From: Desulfobacterales bacterium
GTDB lineage: Bacteria; Desulfobacterota; Desulfobacteria; Desulfobacterales; UBA5616
Assembly (NCBI GenBank): GCA_046483495.1
Contig: JAWODC010000082.1
Span: 1-64,000, forward strand
Direction: 5' to 3'
DNA length: 64,000 bases
Shown here: one piece after another, positions 8,516 through 17,922 of the stretch
Position numbering within the stretch: position 1 is the first letter of the stretch
Layout of the letters: every line of letters starts with the position of its first letter
Made by a program: the position numbers and the translations under genes
Notes under the pieces: model-generated
What the model saw: only the letters and a program-made list of their open reading frames with translations
Told to the model about the DNA's origin: nothing
Databases searched by the model: none

Positions 8516-9994
8516 ATGAACATACTGCTTATTTATCCCCATTTTCCCGACACCTTCTGGTCTTTTAAATATGCCCTGCGTTTCATCAGAAAAAGAGCGG
8601 CGCACCCGCCTCTCGGTCTGCTTACCGTTGCCTCCCTACTTCCGGAGAAATGGTCGAAGCGCCTGATCGATCTCAATGTAACAAGGCTTTCGGATATCGA
8701 TCTGGCATGGGCGGACATGGTATTTATCGGCGGCATGGCCATTCAGCGGGAATCCGCCAACCAGGTTATCGCCCGCTGCAAAGATGCGGGTTTGCGGATC
8801 GTGGCCGGAGGGCCGCTCTTTACCTCGGAGCCGGATGAATTCACGGATGTCGACCACCTCGTACTGGATGAAGCCGAAATGACACTGCCTGAATTTCTCT
8901 CGGACCTGGCGAACCAAACACCCAGAAAGATTTACAGGGCCGCAGGTTTTTGCGATATTCATCAAACCCCGGTTCCCTCATACGATCTGCTGCAGCTCAA
9001 GCAATACGCTTCCATGAGCATTCAGTTTTCAAGGGGATGTCCCTTCGATTGTGAATTCTGCAACGTGACGACACTATTCGGTCATCGTCCCCGCCTGAAA
9101 ACACCCGAACAGGTTATCCTGGAATTGGATCGCATTTACAGCACCGGATGGCGGAACGGCATATTTTTTGTCGACGACAACTTCATCGGAAACAAACGGT
9201 ATTTAAAACACCAGCTGTTGCCTGCCCTGATTGAGTGGCGCAAAAGGAAAAAGGGCTGCGTTTTTTTCACGGAGGCCTCCATCAATCTTGCCGATGATGA
9301 AGAACTCATGGCAATGATGGCAAAAGCCGGTTTTGATTCCGTGTTTATCGGCATAGAATCACCGGATGAAGAATGCCTGGCGGAGTGTCATAAAATACAG
9401 AATAAAAACCGGGATCTCATGGAAAGCGTAAAAAAAATTCATCGCGCGGGGCTGCAGGTGATGGGCGGATTCATCGTGGGATTCGACAACGATACGCAAT
9501 CGATATTTCAGCGCCAGGTGGATTTTATTCAGAAAAGCGGGATCGTCACCGCCATGGTCGGGATGCTTCAGGCACCCCCGGGAACACGGCTGTTCGACCG
9601 TCTGAAATTGGAAAACCGGTTGACCGGCAACTTTTCGGGAGACAATGTCGACGGTTCTACCAATATCATTCCAAAAATGGGAATGGATCGGCTTTCGGAA
9701 GGCTACCGGTTTATCATGAAACAAATCTATTCACCCGGAAATTTCTATCGGCGCATCCGGCATGTTCTGGAGGATCTTAAAGAACCGGAGTTGAGAATGC
9801 CGTTGGATTTGCAACGGATTCTGGCGTTTTTTCGCTCAGGTCTTCGTCTGGGCTTCTGGGGAAAGGAACGACTGGAATACTGGCGACTGATTTTCTGGAC
9901 GCTTTTTCGAAAACCGAAAATGATGCCCCTGGCGGTCACACTGGCCATATACGGCTATCATTATCGAAAAATCTGCGAACTGTACATTCTTTAG
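8516..9994 (+). CDS. B12-binding domain radical SAM protein (DUF4070-type C-terminus)
   Basis: HPPLGLLTVA, VAGGP, RGCPFDCEFC (CxxxCxxC), FVDDNFIG; AAGGAG RBS before ATG at 8516. Confidence 0.9.
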   Translation: MNILLIYPHFPDTFWSFKYALRFIRKRAAHPPLGLLTVASLLPEKWSKRLIDLNVTRLSDIDLAWADMVFIGGMAIQRESANQVIARCKDAGLRIVAGGPLFTSEPDEFTDVDHLVLDEAEMTLPEFLSDLANQTPRKIYRAAGFCDIHQTPVPSYDLLQLKQYASMSIQFSRGCPFDCEFCNVTTLFGHRPRLKTPEQVILELDRIYSTGWRNGIFFVDDNFIGNKRYLKHQLLPALIEWRKRKKGCVFFTEASINLADDEELMAMMAKAGFDSVFIGIESPDEECLAECHKIQNKNRDLMESVKKIHRAGLQVMGGFIVGFDNDTQSIFQRQVDFIQKSGIVTAMVGMLQAPPGTRLFDRLKLENRLTGNFSGDNVDGSTNIIPKMGMDRLSEGYRFIMKQIYSPGNFYRRIRHVLEDLKEPELRMPLDLQRILAFFRSGLRLGFWGKERLEYWRLIFWTLFRKPKMMPLAVTLAIYGYHYRKICELYIL

Positions 9995-11356
9995 ATGGAT
10001 CACAAACCGGATATCCAACCATCGATGAAGGATTCCGCAGCCATTCCACCAATCGGACAGAGCAAGGTGTTTTACGGGTGGTGGGTGGTGGGGGCCTGTG
10101 CTCTCATCGCCCTTGCCGCCGCAGTGACGCGTTACGCCTTCAGTATTTTCATGCCGTACATGCTTCAGGACCTGGGATGGACCCGGGCGGCCATCGGTGC
10201 CGCCTTGACCCTCCACATGATCGTATATGCCGTCGGCGCCGTATTTATCGGCAGGTTGACCGATAAATACGGGTCACGGTGGATCATGTCGGCCGGCGGC
10301 ATTTTATTGATGGCGGGGTTGGCGGTCATGTCACGCATCGATTCGATATGGCAGTTTTATATCGGATACAGCTTTATCGCCGCTCTCGGTGTCACCGCTA
10401 CGTACATCGTCCCCAATACGGCAACCGCCAGGCAATGGTTTTTCAAAAAGGCCGGGCTTGCCGTTGCCCTTGTCCTGGCGGGTTCCGGCCTGGGACTTGC
10501 CGTCATCTCTCCGATTTCCCCATATCTCATCGAACGCTTCGGCTGGCGGACCAGTTACCTCATCATCGGCTTTGTAGTCGGTTTTCTGGCCATACTGGCA
10601 TCCGTTTTCGTCGTCAGGAAAAATCCTGAATCCATGGGTCTGCTGCCTGACGGCGAACAACATGTTCCGCAAAACCAAATTGCATCGGGTCCACAGCCGG
10701 CACACCCTCTGAAGGAAGAGCGCTGGACGGTAAAGGAAGCCCTTGGAACGCGCTCCTTCTGGATGTTTCTCATGGTTTATCCGCTCGGCGCCATTGCGCT
10801 GATGGGGGTTCTCGCCCATATCGCCGCATGGGGGTTCGACATTGCAAAAATGGAGGGCATGGCAACGGAAAGCGTGGGCAAATTCATCGGCACCGCCATG
10901 ATGGTGATGGCGCTTTGCGCCACAGGGTCGCGGCTCGTGACCGGCCCGTTGTCGGATCGGGTGGGTCGAAAACCCATTATTTATGCATCCTATGCAATTC
11001 AAATTCTTGTTTTCGCCTATGCCGTTCAAGTTGACTCGCTCTCCGGCTTCATGATATTCGCCGTAGCCAACGGCATTGCCTACGGGGCGGTAATGCCGTT
11101 GTGGGTTCCGTTTGTCGCGGATATCTTCGGTCGTTTTTCCATCGCCACCCTGATGGGCATGCTCACCTTCACCGGCGGGGTTATCAACGGACTCGGCCCC
11201 GTTATTTTCGGATGGATTTTCGATAAAACAGGCTCCTATTCCGGAGCGTTTATTTTCGGCATCGTCACTTTCATGGTGTCCATCATCCTGGTTTCCATGA
11301 TCAAGCCGGTTTCAAAAAAGAAAACCGGCGCTTCACTTAACATCGCAACCGATTAG
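9995..11356 (+). CDS. MFS transporter (MCT/OFA-like)
   Basis: FYGWWVV, GRLTDKYGSR, GPLSDRVGRK motifs; about 12 hydrophobic segments. Confidence 0.92.
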   Translation: MDHKPDIQPSMKDSAAIPPIGQSKVFYGWWVVGACALIALAAAVTRYAFSIFMPYMLQDLGWTRAAIGAALTLHMIVYAVGAVFIGRLTDKYGSRWIMSAGGILLMAGLAVMSRIDSIWQFYIGYSFIAALGVTATYIVPNTATARQWFFKKAGLAVALVLAGSGLGLAVISPISPYLIERFGWRTSYLIIGFVVGFLAILASVFVVRKNPESMGLLPDGEQHVPQNQIASGPQPAHPLKEERWTVKEALGTRSFWMFLMVYPLGAIALMGVLAHIAAWGFDIAKMEGMATESVGKFIGTAMMVMALCATGSRLVTGPLSDRVGRKPIIYASYAIQILVFAYAVQVDSLSGFMIFAVANGIAYGAVMPLWVPFVADIFGRFSIATLMGMLTFTGGVINGLGPVIFGWIFDKTGSYSGAFIFGIVTFMVSIILVSMIKPVSKKKTGASLNIATD

Positions 11357-11371
11357 AAAGGAAGAGAACCT

Positions 11372-12385
11372 ATGGCGGTTCGAGCGTTTTATGAGGAATA
11401 TGCAAGTCTTCTCGGGTTTCCGGGTTCGGAAATCTTATACAAGATCTTCGATGTGCTTTATGATGACGAAGATGATATGAAGATCCTTCAGGCCCTTCCG
11501 GGAAATGTCGAATCCATTTCAAAAGCCTCCGGTATTCCCGAAGAACGCCTCAAACCGCGTCTCGAAGAGTTGTGGCGGAAAGGCGGTGTCCAGGGCGGCA
11601 TGGGATATTATGCCCTGATCAAGGGACTGATCGTGCTTCGGGACATGTCGGTCATGTGGCCCCAAACCTCCCAGGAATACTGGGAGCTGTGGGAGGAGAT
11701 GTTCACGAAAGAGCATGAACGGCACACCGCTTTCTTGAATTCCAAGAATTATCCGCCGGCCATGCGGGTGCTGCCGGTAAACGAGACAGTCGATTCCGAA
11801 AGCCGAATTCTGGATGTGGATTCAGCGGCAAAGGTTTTTCAGGATGCCCGTGTGATCAGCGCCGTTGACTGCGCTTGCCGCCTCCAGGCGAAAAAGGTCG
11901 GCCGGGGTCAGAACTGCCCGGCCCCCGAAACCGCCAATTGCTTTGCCACAAACAGGATAGCAGACATGATCATCGCCCGTGGAATCGGGACCGAAATTTC
12001 ACTGGGGGACGCGCTTAAGCGGCTCAAGGAATGCGAGGACGCCGGTTTGGTGCACATGGCCCGAAACAATGTGGCGGAAGACATGTTCATGTGCAACTGC
12101 TGTTCCTGCTGCTGCCACGGTCTCCACATGATCAATGACGGAAGTTATACCGGGGCCTTCGCACCCTCCCGGTTCCGGGTAACATTTGACGCCGATCTCT
12201 GCACCGGCTGCGGTGAATGTGAGAGCAGGTGCCAGTTTCAGGCCATTACGGTGAACGGGATTGCCCAAATCGATTTCGACAAGTGCTTCGGTTGCGGCAA
12301 TTGCGTCACCACCTGCCCTGTCGGAGCCCTTGTTCTTACCGAAATTCGACCGGTGGATTCCATACGTACGGCAAAAAAAAGATGA
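11372..12385 (+). CDS. 4Fe-4S binding protein with Cys-rich central domain
   Basis: CACR, CNCCSCCC, and two ferredoxin motifs CTGCGECESRC and CFGCGNCVTTCP. Confidence 0.88.
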   Translation: MAVRAFYEEYASLLGFPGSEILYKIFDVLYDDEDDMKILQALPGNVESISKASGIPEERLKPRLEELWRKGGVQGGMGYYALIKGLIVLRDMSVMWPQTSQEYWELWEEMFTKEHERHTAFLNSKNYPPAMRVLPVNETVDSESRILDVDSAAKVFQDARVISAVDCACRLQAKKVGRGQNCPAPETANCFATNRIADMIIARGIGTEISLGDALKRLKECEDAGLVHMARNNVAEDMFMCNCCSCCCHGLHMINDGSYTGAFAPSRFRVTFDADLCTGCGECESRCQFQAITVNGIAQIDFDKCFGCGNCVTTCPVGALVLTEIRPVDSIRTAKKR

Positions 12386-12432
12386 CCCGGCGGTTCCCCG
12401 AACGGGTCTCGGGATAAACGAAGAACGCAAAG

Positions 12433-12458
12433 GCACCACCCCCCCGACCGGGTGGTGC
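12433..12458. terminator. Hairpin between convergent genes
   Basis: GCACCACCC-N8-GGGTGGTGC perfect stem. Confidence 0.5.
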
Positions 12459-12502
12459 TGTATCCTTCTACTCCGTCTTTGGATAGAAAACCGAAAGATG
12501 CG

Positions 12503-14002
12503 TTAAAACGTCACCCGGTTCCGGCCCGAATCTCGATCAAATCGCACTTCCCCTCTTTTTCCGACCAGTTCTTCTTCTTCCCACCGGATCAAGGCACCTG
12601 AATCGTCATCGATGTCCGCCAGTGCCCGCCGGCCGTCTGAAAGCCGTCCCAGAACGAGACCGCGTTCGGGTCGTCCGGACCCATCATGAATCACCGTGTA
12701 GGCCTCCACCGTCAACCGCCCGGCGGCCTCTTTGACAGCGCCGGGAAGCGCCTCTTCATCGATGGATGCCTGAATGGCCGAATCCTCCATGTCCTCCCAG
12801 GAAACAGGGCCCGGCTTCGTACCGTATACCACAATGGCGTGTTTTGTCATGTACCAGCCGGTTGCCGTTACCATGGCGAATCGGGAACGGCCCTTTTGAA
12901 TGTAATCGATAACCGTCGCCACCGCGTGCATGGAATAATTGTTCATCGGTCCCCCGAAATACGGCAGCCCCCCCGTTACACTGAGATCCCGGGCATCCCT
13001 CTCGGAAAGACCGAGCGCATGCCGCCCCATTTCCACGGCACAGGGAAAACAGCTGTAGAGATCGAAAACGTCGATATCGTCAATGCCGATGCCGGCCCGC
13101 TCCAATGATGTTTGAGCACCCTTGGCAAGCGCCACGGATTCATGGATCCGCCTTCGTCGGCTCACATACCAGACGTCATTCAATTCCGCTTTTCCCATGG
13201 GATAAACCCATCGGGAGGGTTCGATGCCCAGGCTTTCGGCCGTTTCTTCGCTTGTCATAACCAGTGCCGCCGATTGGTCCACAAACATATTGGCAACCAT
13301 GCGCTTGGTGTACGGGTAAGCAATATACCGGTTTTCCGCGGTCGGCGCGGTCAGCACATCGCCGGTTTCGAAGGTCTGAATCCAGCTATAGGGGTTTTGT
13401 GCTGCAATTCGGGTCAGATGTTCACAGATGCTTCCCATGTGCCGGCGATGCGCTTCGAGAGATCTTCCCGCCGCCCCCCTGAGTGCCGTTTCAAAAAGCG
13501 GATAAATAATAGTCGGAAGCAGCAGCCCGTATGCCTCTTCTACATCGTCGAGGCTGCGCCGCTCATTTCCGTCGACGCGCTTTGGAAATTTTCGTTCCGG
13601 CCAATTCAGCATCACTTCGCCTTTGGCGGCCCGCCGGTTGGCGTAAACGGATTCACCCCCGCCGATCAGTACGGCACGACTTTCTCCGGATGCAATCGCC
13701 TTTGCCGCCCGGCAAACGAGCATTTGGGGGCTGTTGCCGCCCATGGCCGAATAAAATGTATCATGGGGGGTAATCCCCAGTACGGCGGCCCAAAGGCCGG
13801 GGGCATCTTCATACGAATAGGACTGAATGTTGACCACATAGACGGAATCGATCATTTTTTTTATCGCCGGGGTTCCGGTATTCGACAAGGCAATCCGCCC
13901 GGCGTTTGCCATCATCCCCATGGGGTCCATTGGGTTTTCGGTGTTCTTGGATTGGGTAAACTGGCCGGCACCTACGATAACCGGTATCCGATGTCTTTTC
14001 AT
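12503..14002 (-). CDS. Atypical thiolase-like protein (acetyl-CoA acetyltransferase-like) with C-terminal extension
   Basis: PVIVGAGQ, GGNSPQ, YPLFETA, VDQSAALV, DLYSCFP, SVTGGLPYFGGP.NNY. Confidence 0.85.
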   Translation of the reverse strand: MKRHRIPVIVGAGQFTQSKNTENPMDPMGMMANAGRIALSNTGTPAIKKMIDSVYVVNIQSYSYEDAPGLWAAVLGITPHDTFYSAMGGNSPQMLVCRAAKAIASGESRAVLIGGGESVYANRRAAKGEVMLNWPERKFPKRVDGNERRSLDDVEEAYGLLLPTIIYPLFETALRGAAGRSLEAHRRHMGSICEHLTRIAAQNPYSWIQTFETGDVLTAPTAENRYIAYPYTKRMVANMFVDQSAALVMTSEETAESLGIEPSRWVYPMGKAELNDVWYVSRRRRIHESVALAKGAQTSLERAGIGIDDIDVFDLYSCFPCAVEMGRHALGLSERDARDLSVTGGLPYFGGPMNNYSMHAVATVIDYIQKGRSRFAMVTATGWYMTKHAIVVYGTKPGPVSWEDMEDSAIQASIDEEALPGAVKEAAGRLTVEAYTVIHDGSGRPERGLVLGRLSDGRRALADIDDDSGALIRWEEEELVGKRGEVRFDRDSGRNRVTF

Positions 14003-14041
14003 TATTTCTCCCTCAAATTGGCGGCAAAGGTATAAGACAGC

Positions 14042-15124
14042 CTAATCATGGTTTATTTTCAATTCTCGTGCAACCGCCCCGATAAACTCGGTAGTTGACG
14101 CTCCGCCCCCCTGATCCGGCGTCAGACACTTTCCTTTTCGGTAAACGGTCTTCAGGGCCGATGTGATTTCACCCGCCGTTTCGGCGAACCCCAGATATTC
14201 CAGCATCATTACCGCGGAAAGAAGCGTGGCGGTGGGGTTGATGGTGTTTTTGCCGGCAATGTCCGGGGCAGTTCCGTGTGCCGGCTCAAAATAGGCGTAA
14301 TCCGTTCCGAAACAGCCGCTGGGTGCCAGTCCCAAACCGCCGATAAGCCCTGCGGCGGCATCGGAAAGGAGGTCACCGTAAAGATTCGGCAGAAGAACGA
14401 CATCCAGCTTTTCGGGATTCATCACCATGAAATGCGCCAGATTGTCCACGATCATCGTTTCAAAAATGATATCCGGATAGTCCTTCGCCGTCTCACGGGC
14501 AATATCGACAAAAAGACCGTCGGATTGGGACAGCATATTGTATTTCGAGGAAGCCGTCACTTTTCCGGGCAGCCCCTCTTTCTTGCGGCGCCGGGCGAGA
14601 TCGAAGGCAAAACAGGCGATGCGCTCGCTCGCTGACCGGGTGATCACCTTGACTCCGTATTTTCCCTCCCCTATTTCCGAAACGGATTTCTGCAGAATGG
14701 GGCTGACCAGGCCTGATTTTTTCAGGTCTTCCAAGTCCCCTTCCACCATGAGATACAGGTCTTCGGTGTTTTCCCGGACAATGACGAAATCGATGCCGTT
14801 CGGCCGCGCAAGGGGACTTTTACATCCGGGCATAAACGTTGCCGGCCGCACATTGGCAAATGTCTGTTTTCCCCACCTCAAATACATCAGGGCGAATACG
14901 CTCTTGCCGCTTGCGGCACCGAAAAGGGTCGTATTCGAATCATCGATGGCATCTCTGGCCGCATCGGGAAAAATCGAATCGTACTGCTGAAGCCCTTTTT
15001 CTCCCACAGGCGGGTAAACCCATTTGATTCCGAGGTCCATCGCTTCGATCAAGCGTACTACCGGTCGGACGGCTTCCGGAGAAGCATCCTCCCCCTCGAT
15101 AACGCACACGCGCTTTTGGGCCAT
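14042..15124 (-). CDS. Isocitrate/isopropylmalate dehydrogenase family (LeuB-like beta-decarboxylating dehydrogenase)
   Basis: [43 protein letters not shown]. Confidence 0.92.
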   Translation of the reverse strand: MAQKRVCVIEGEDASPEAVRPVVRLIEAMDLGIKWVYPPVGEKGLQQYDSIFPDAARDAIDDSNTTLFGAASGKSVFALMYLRWGKQTFANVRPATFMPGCKSPLARPNGIDFVIVRENTEDLYLMVEGDLEDLKKSGLVSPILQKSVSEIGEGKYGVKVITRSASERIACFAFDLARRRKKEGLPGKVTASSKYNMLSQSDGLFVDIARETAKDYPDIIFETMIVDNLAHFMVMNPEKLDVVLLPNLYGDLLSDAAAGLIGGLGLAPSGCFGTDYAYFEPAHGTAPDIAGKNTINPTATLLSAVMMLEYLGFAETAGEITSALKTVYRKGKCLTPDQGGGASTTEFIGAVARELKINHD

Positions 15125-15134
15125 TTTCGCCTCC

Positions 15135-15644
15135 TCAGGCTTGCGGGGTCTTCTGAGTCATCCTTTCCTTGAGCATGTTTACTAAACCGCCTTTTTTGAT
15201 AATCGAGAGCATTTCGGGGGTATACGGCTGCCCTTGCAGCGTGGTTTTACGGGTGAGATTATCGATTCGGGCTTCTTTGAGATGAACCGCTATCCGGTCA
15301 CCTTCCTCGAATGCACGCGAGCACTCGGCACAGACGATACAGGGAAGCGCAATGGCAAGCGCATTGCGAAAGAAAATACGTCCGAACGATTCCGCAACGA
15401 TCGCGGCAATTCCCAACAGCTTCATGTTTTCAGCCGCCTGCTCACGGCTGGACCCGCATCCCCAGTTTCTTCCGGCGACGACCACGTCCCCCGGTTCGAC
15501 CTGTTCGGAAAATCCCGGACGTATATGCAGAACAGAAGATTTGCGTTCCTTCCATCCGGCACTCATCATCTTCCATGGCGCCATGGCATCCGTATCCACA
15601 TTATGTCCGAATTTCCAGATACGCCCTGAAATGACCTCTTCCAT
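15135..15644 (-). CDS. 3-isopropylmalate/homoaconitate dehydratase small subunit (LeuD-like)
   Basis: FGHNVDTD, GRNWGCGSSREQA, SFGRIFFRN. Confidence 0.92.
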   Translation of the reverse strand: MEEVISGRIWKFGHNVDTDAMAPWKMMSAGWKERKSSVLHIRPGFSEQVEPGDVVVAGRNWGCGSSREQAAENMKLLGIAAIVAESFGRIFFRNALAIALPCIVCAECSRAFEEGDRIAVHLKEARIDNLTRKTTLQGQPYTPEMLSIIKKGGLVNMLKERMTQKTPQA

Positions 15645-15667
15645 GCATTCCCTCCGGCGGATTGGTT

Positions 15668-16939
15668 TTATTCCCCCGCCTTTTCTTGTAGAAATTCCCT
15701 GGGATCGGTCAATCGCCCGGTAACGGCGGAAGCGGCGACGGTCGCCGGTGATCCCAGATACACGCGTGCATCCTCACTTCCCATTCTGCCGCGAAAATTG
15801 CGGTTGGTAGACGATATGCAGGATTCGCCTTTTCCCAGCAGACCCATGTGACTGCCCGGGCAGGCCCCGCAGCCCGCCGGCAGAAAATGGCCCCCGGCGG
15901 TCAATAAATCTTCCGCATAACCGAGTTTCACTGCGGCCAGCATGACGTCTTTCGATGCCGGGGCGATGAGCAGCCGCGTTTTGGGATGTACGTTGCGCCC
16001 CTTTAGAATCCGCGCCGCAACGGCAATGTCTTCGATCCGGCCGTTGGTGCAGGAGCCCAGATAGGCCTGGTCGACGGATACGTTTCCGGCGTCGACAACC
16101 GGCCCCACGTTTCCCGGGTTATGGGGAAGTGCCACTTGAGGTGGTATTTCACCGACGTCGACCGAATGGACCGCTTCATAGACGGCGCCTTCGTCAGGAC
16201 CGAAAGGCGCCGCCGAATACCCGGTCCGTTCACGAACATACGCGGCGGTCATTTCATCGGCTTCGAAAAATGCGAATTTTGCACCGATTTCCACACCCAT
16301 ATTGCACATCGTCATCCGTTCCGACAAGCTCATCGACCGGGCCGCTTGACCGCTGAACTCCACGGACCGGTACTGGGCGGCCTCGGTTCCGTATGCGCCC
16401 GCAATGTACAGTATGACATCCTTGGACATGACACCGAAAGCCGGACGTCCGGTCAGATCGAACCGAATGGTAGGCGGCACCATCATCCACAGCGATCCCG
16501 TTGCCATGACGTAGCTCATTTCGGTCTGGCCGATGCCCGTACCTCCGGCCCCCAGCGCGCCGTATGTCGTGGTATGGGAATCCGTTCCCAGGATCAACAG
16601 GCCGGGCATCACATTTCCGGATTCGCACATGACCTGATGGCACACCCCTTCGTACCCCAGATAGGCTTCGATGCCGAACTCCTCTACGGCGCGGCGGATC
16701 ATTACATGCACATCGGCCATCGAGGCCGTAGGTGCCGGGAAGTAATGATCGAGAATCACCACCACGCGATCAGGATCATGCAGTTTTTTGACGCCTGCAC
16801 TTTTTAATATCCAGTTACAGGCGGCAAACGCCTCGTGGACCATCAGACGGTCCGGCCGGACCGTAACGAATTGGCCGGCCGCGGCGCTGGAGCGGCCCGC
16901 AGCCCGGGCAAGCACTTTTTCCGCCATTGTCATATGCAT
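15668..16939 (-). CDS. 3-isopropylmalate/homoaconitate dehydratase large subunit (LeuC-like); start at 16939 or 16933
   Basis: MTMAEKVL, DHY.P, GVCHQ, DSHTTTYG, GSCTNGR, CGAC, STNRNFRGRMG. Confidence 0.92.
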   Translation of the reverse strand: MHMTMAEKVLARAAGRSSAAAGQFVTVRPDRLMVHEAFAACNWILKSAGVKKLHDPDRVVVILDHYFPAPTASMADVHVMIRRAVEEFGIEAYLGYEGVCHQVMCESGNVMPGLLILGTDSHTTTYGALGAGGTGIGQTEMSYVMATGSLWMMVPPTIRFDLTGRPAFGVMSKDVILYIAGAYGTEAAQYRSVEFSGQAARSMSLSERMTMCNMGVEIGAKFAFFEADEMTAAYVRERTGYSAAPFGPDEGAVYEAVHSVDVGEIPPQVALPHNPGNVGPVVDAGNVSVDQAYLGSCTNGRIEDIAVAARILKGRNVHPKTRLLIAPASKDVMLAAVKLGYAEDLLTAGGHFLPAGCGACPGSHMGLLGKGESCISSTNRNFRGRMGSEDARVYLGSPATVAASAVTGRLTDPREFLQEKAGE

Positions 16940-17207
16940 TGTGAGCTCCGGCTTTTGGATTGCTGGATATGCGGTTTGCCGGTAAGTGTGATTTTTTCTC
17001 GGTTGGCGGCATGCATCACCGGCAGGACCGTTACGTGACGCTTTGTGGAGCATGTGGAAAAGTGTTCTATATCAAGTTAGGCGCACCAGATCAATAGGCA
17101 TTGTTTTTCCCTGCTTTTTGGTGTAGCCTTGCCGGCATCCTCTGAAGACGGACAAGGCGTTGCCGGTGATTGTCCACCCATAAATTGAAACGGGAGGCCC
17201 TGTAATT

Positions 17208-17894
17208 ATGAAGCTGATATTTATTCATGGATCAGGTGGATCAAAAGAGTCGTGGCATTATCAAACCCAATTCTTTCAGGATTCCGAGGCATTGGATCTG
17301 CCCGGACATCCCACGGGCAAACAAATCGACACCATTTCGGGATATGCCGAATGGCTGAACGGCCATATCCGTAAACGGGGCTATAGGGATGTAGTGCTTG
17401 CCGGGCATTCGTTGGGCGGCGGGATTATCCTTCAGTATGCGCTTTCATATCCTGCAGATGTCAAAGGGCTCATTTCCGTGGGAAGCGGGCTTCGGCTTCG
17501 GGTTCATCCGTTTTTTTTGAAGGCGCTCGAAGAGGCAATCGCAAACCCCGCTCAATTCGAAGCCTTTATCCAGCCCTCTTATGAACATGTGGATCCGGAA
17601 CTGGCGAAACTTCTGAAAAAACGCGTTATGGAAAACGGCCCGGCCGTTATGTTAAACGATATGCGGGCTTGCGACACATTCGATATCATGGAAAAAGCGA
17701 AAGACATCGCCGTTCCGGTATTGGCCTTGTGCGGAACGGATGACGTGATGACACCCCCCAAATATTCCCATTACATGACACAACATCTTCCAAACGCCCG
17801 TTTATGCGTCATCGAAGGCGGCACTCATTTTATGTTCGCGGAAAAGCCCGATGCAGTGAACCGGGCTATAGAGGCATTTCTGCATTCATTATGA
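17208..17894 (+). CDS. Alpha/beta hydrolase
   Basis: IHGSGG, LDLPGH, GHSLGG nucleophile elbow, G..D, GTH. Confidence 0.9.
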   Translation: MKLIFIHGSGGSKESWHYQTQFFQDSEALDLPGHPTGKQIDTISGYAEWLNGHIRKRGYRDVVLAGHSLGGGIILQYALSYPADVKGLISVGSGLRLRVHPFFLKALEEAIANPAQFEAFIQPSYEHVDPELAKLLKKRVMENGPAVMLNDMRACDTFDIMEKAKDIAVPVLALCGTDDVMTPPKYSHYMTQHLPNARLCVIEGGTHFMFAEKPDAVNRAIEAFLHSL

Positions 17895-17922
17895 TTTCGA
17901 AACCGGTCTGAAACAAGAGAAC

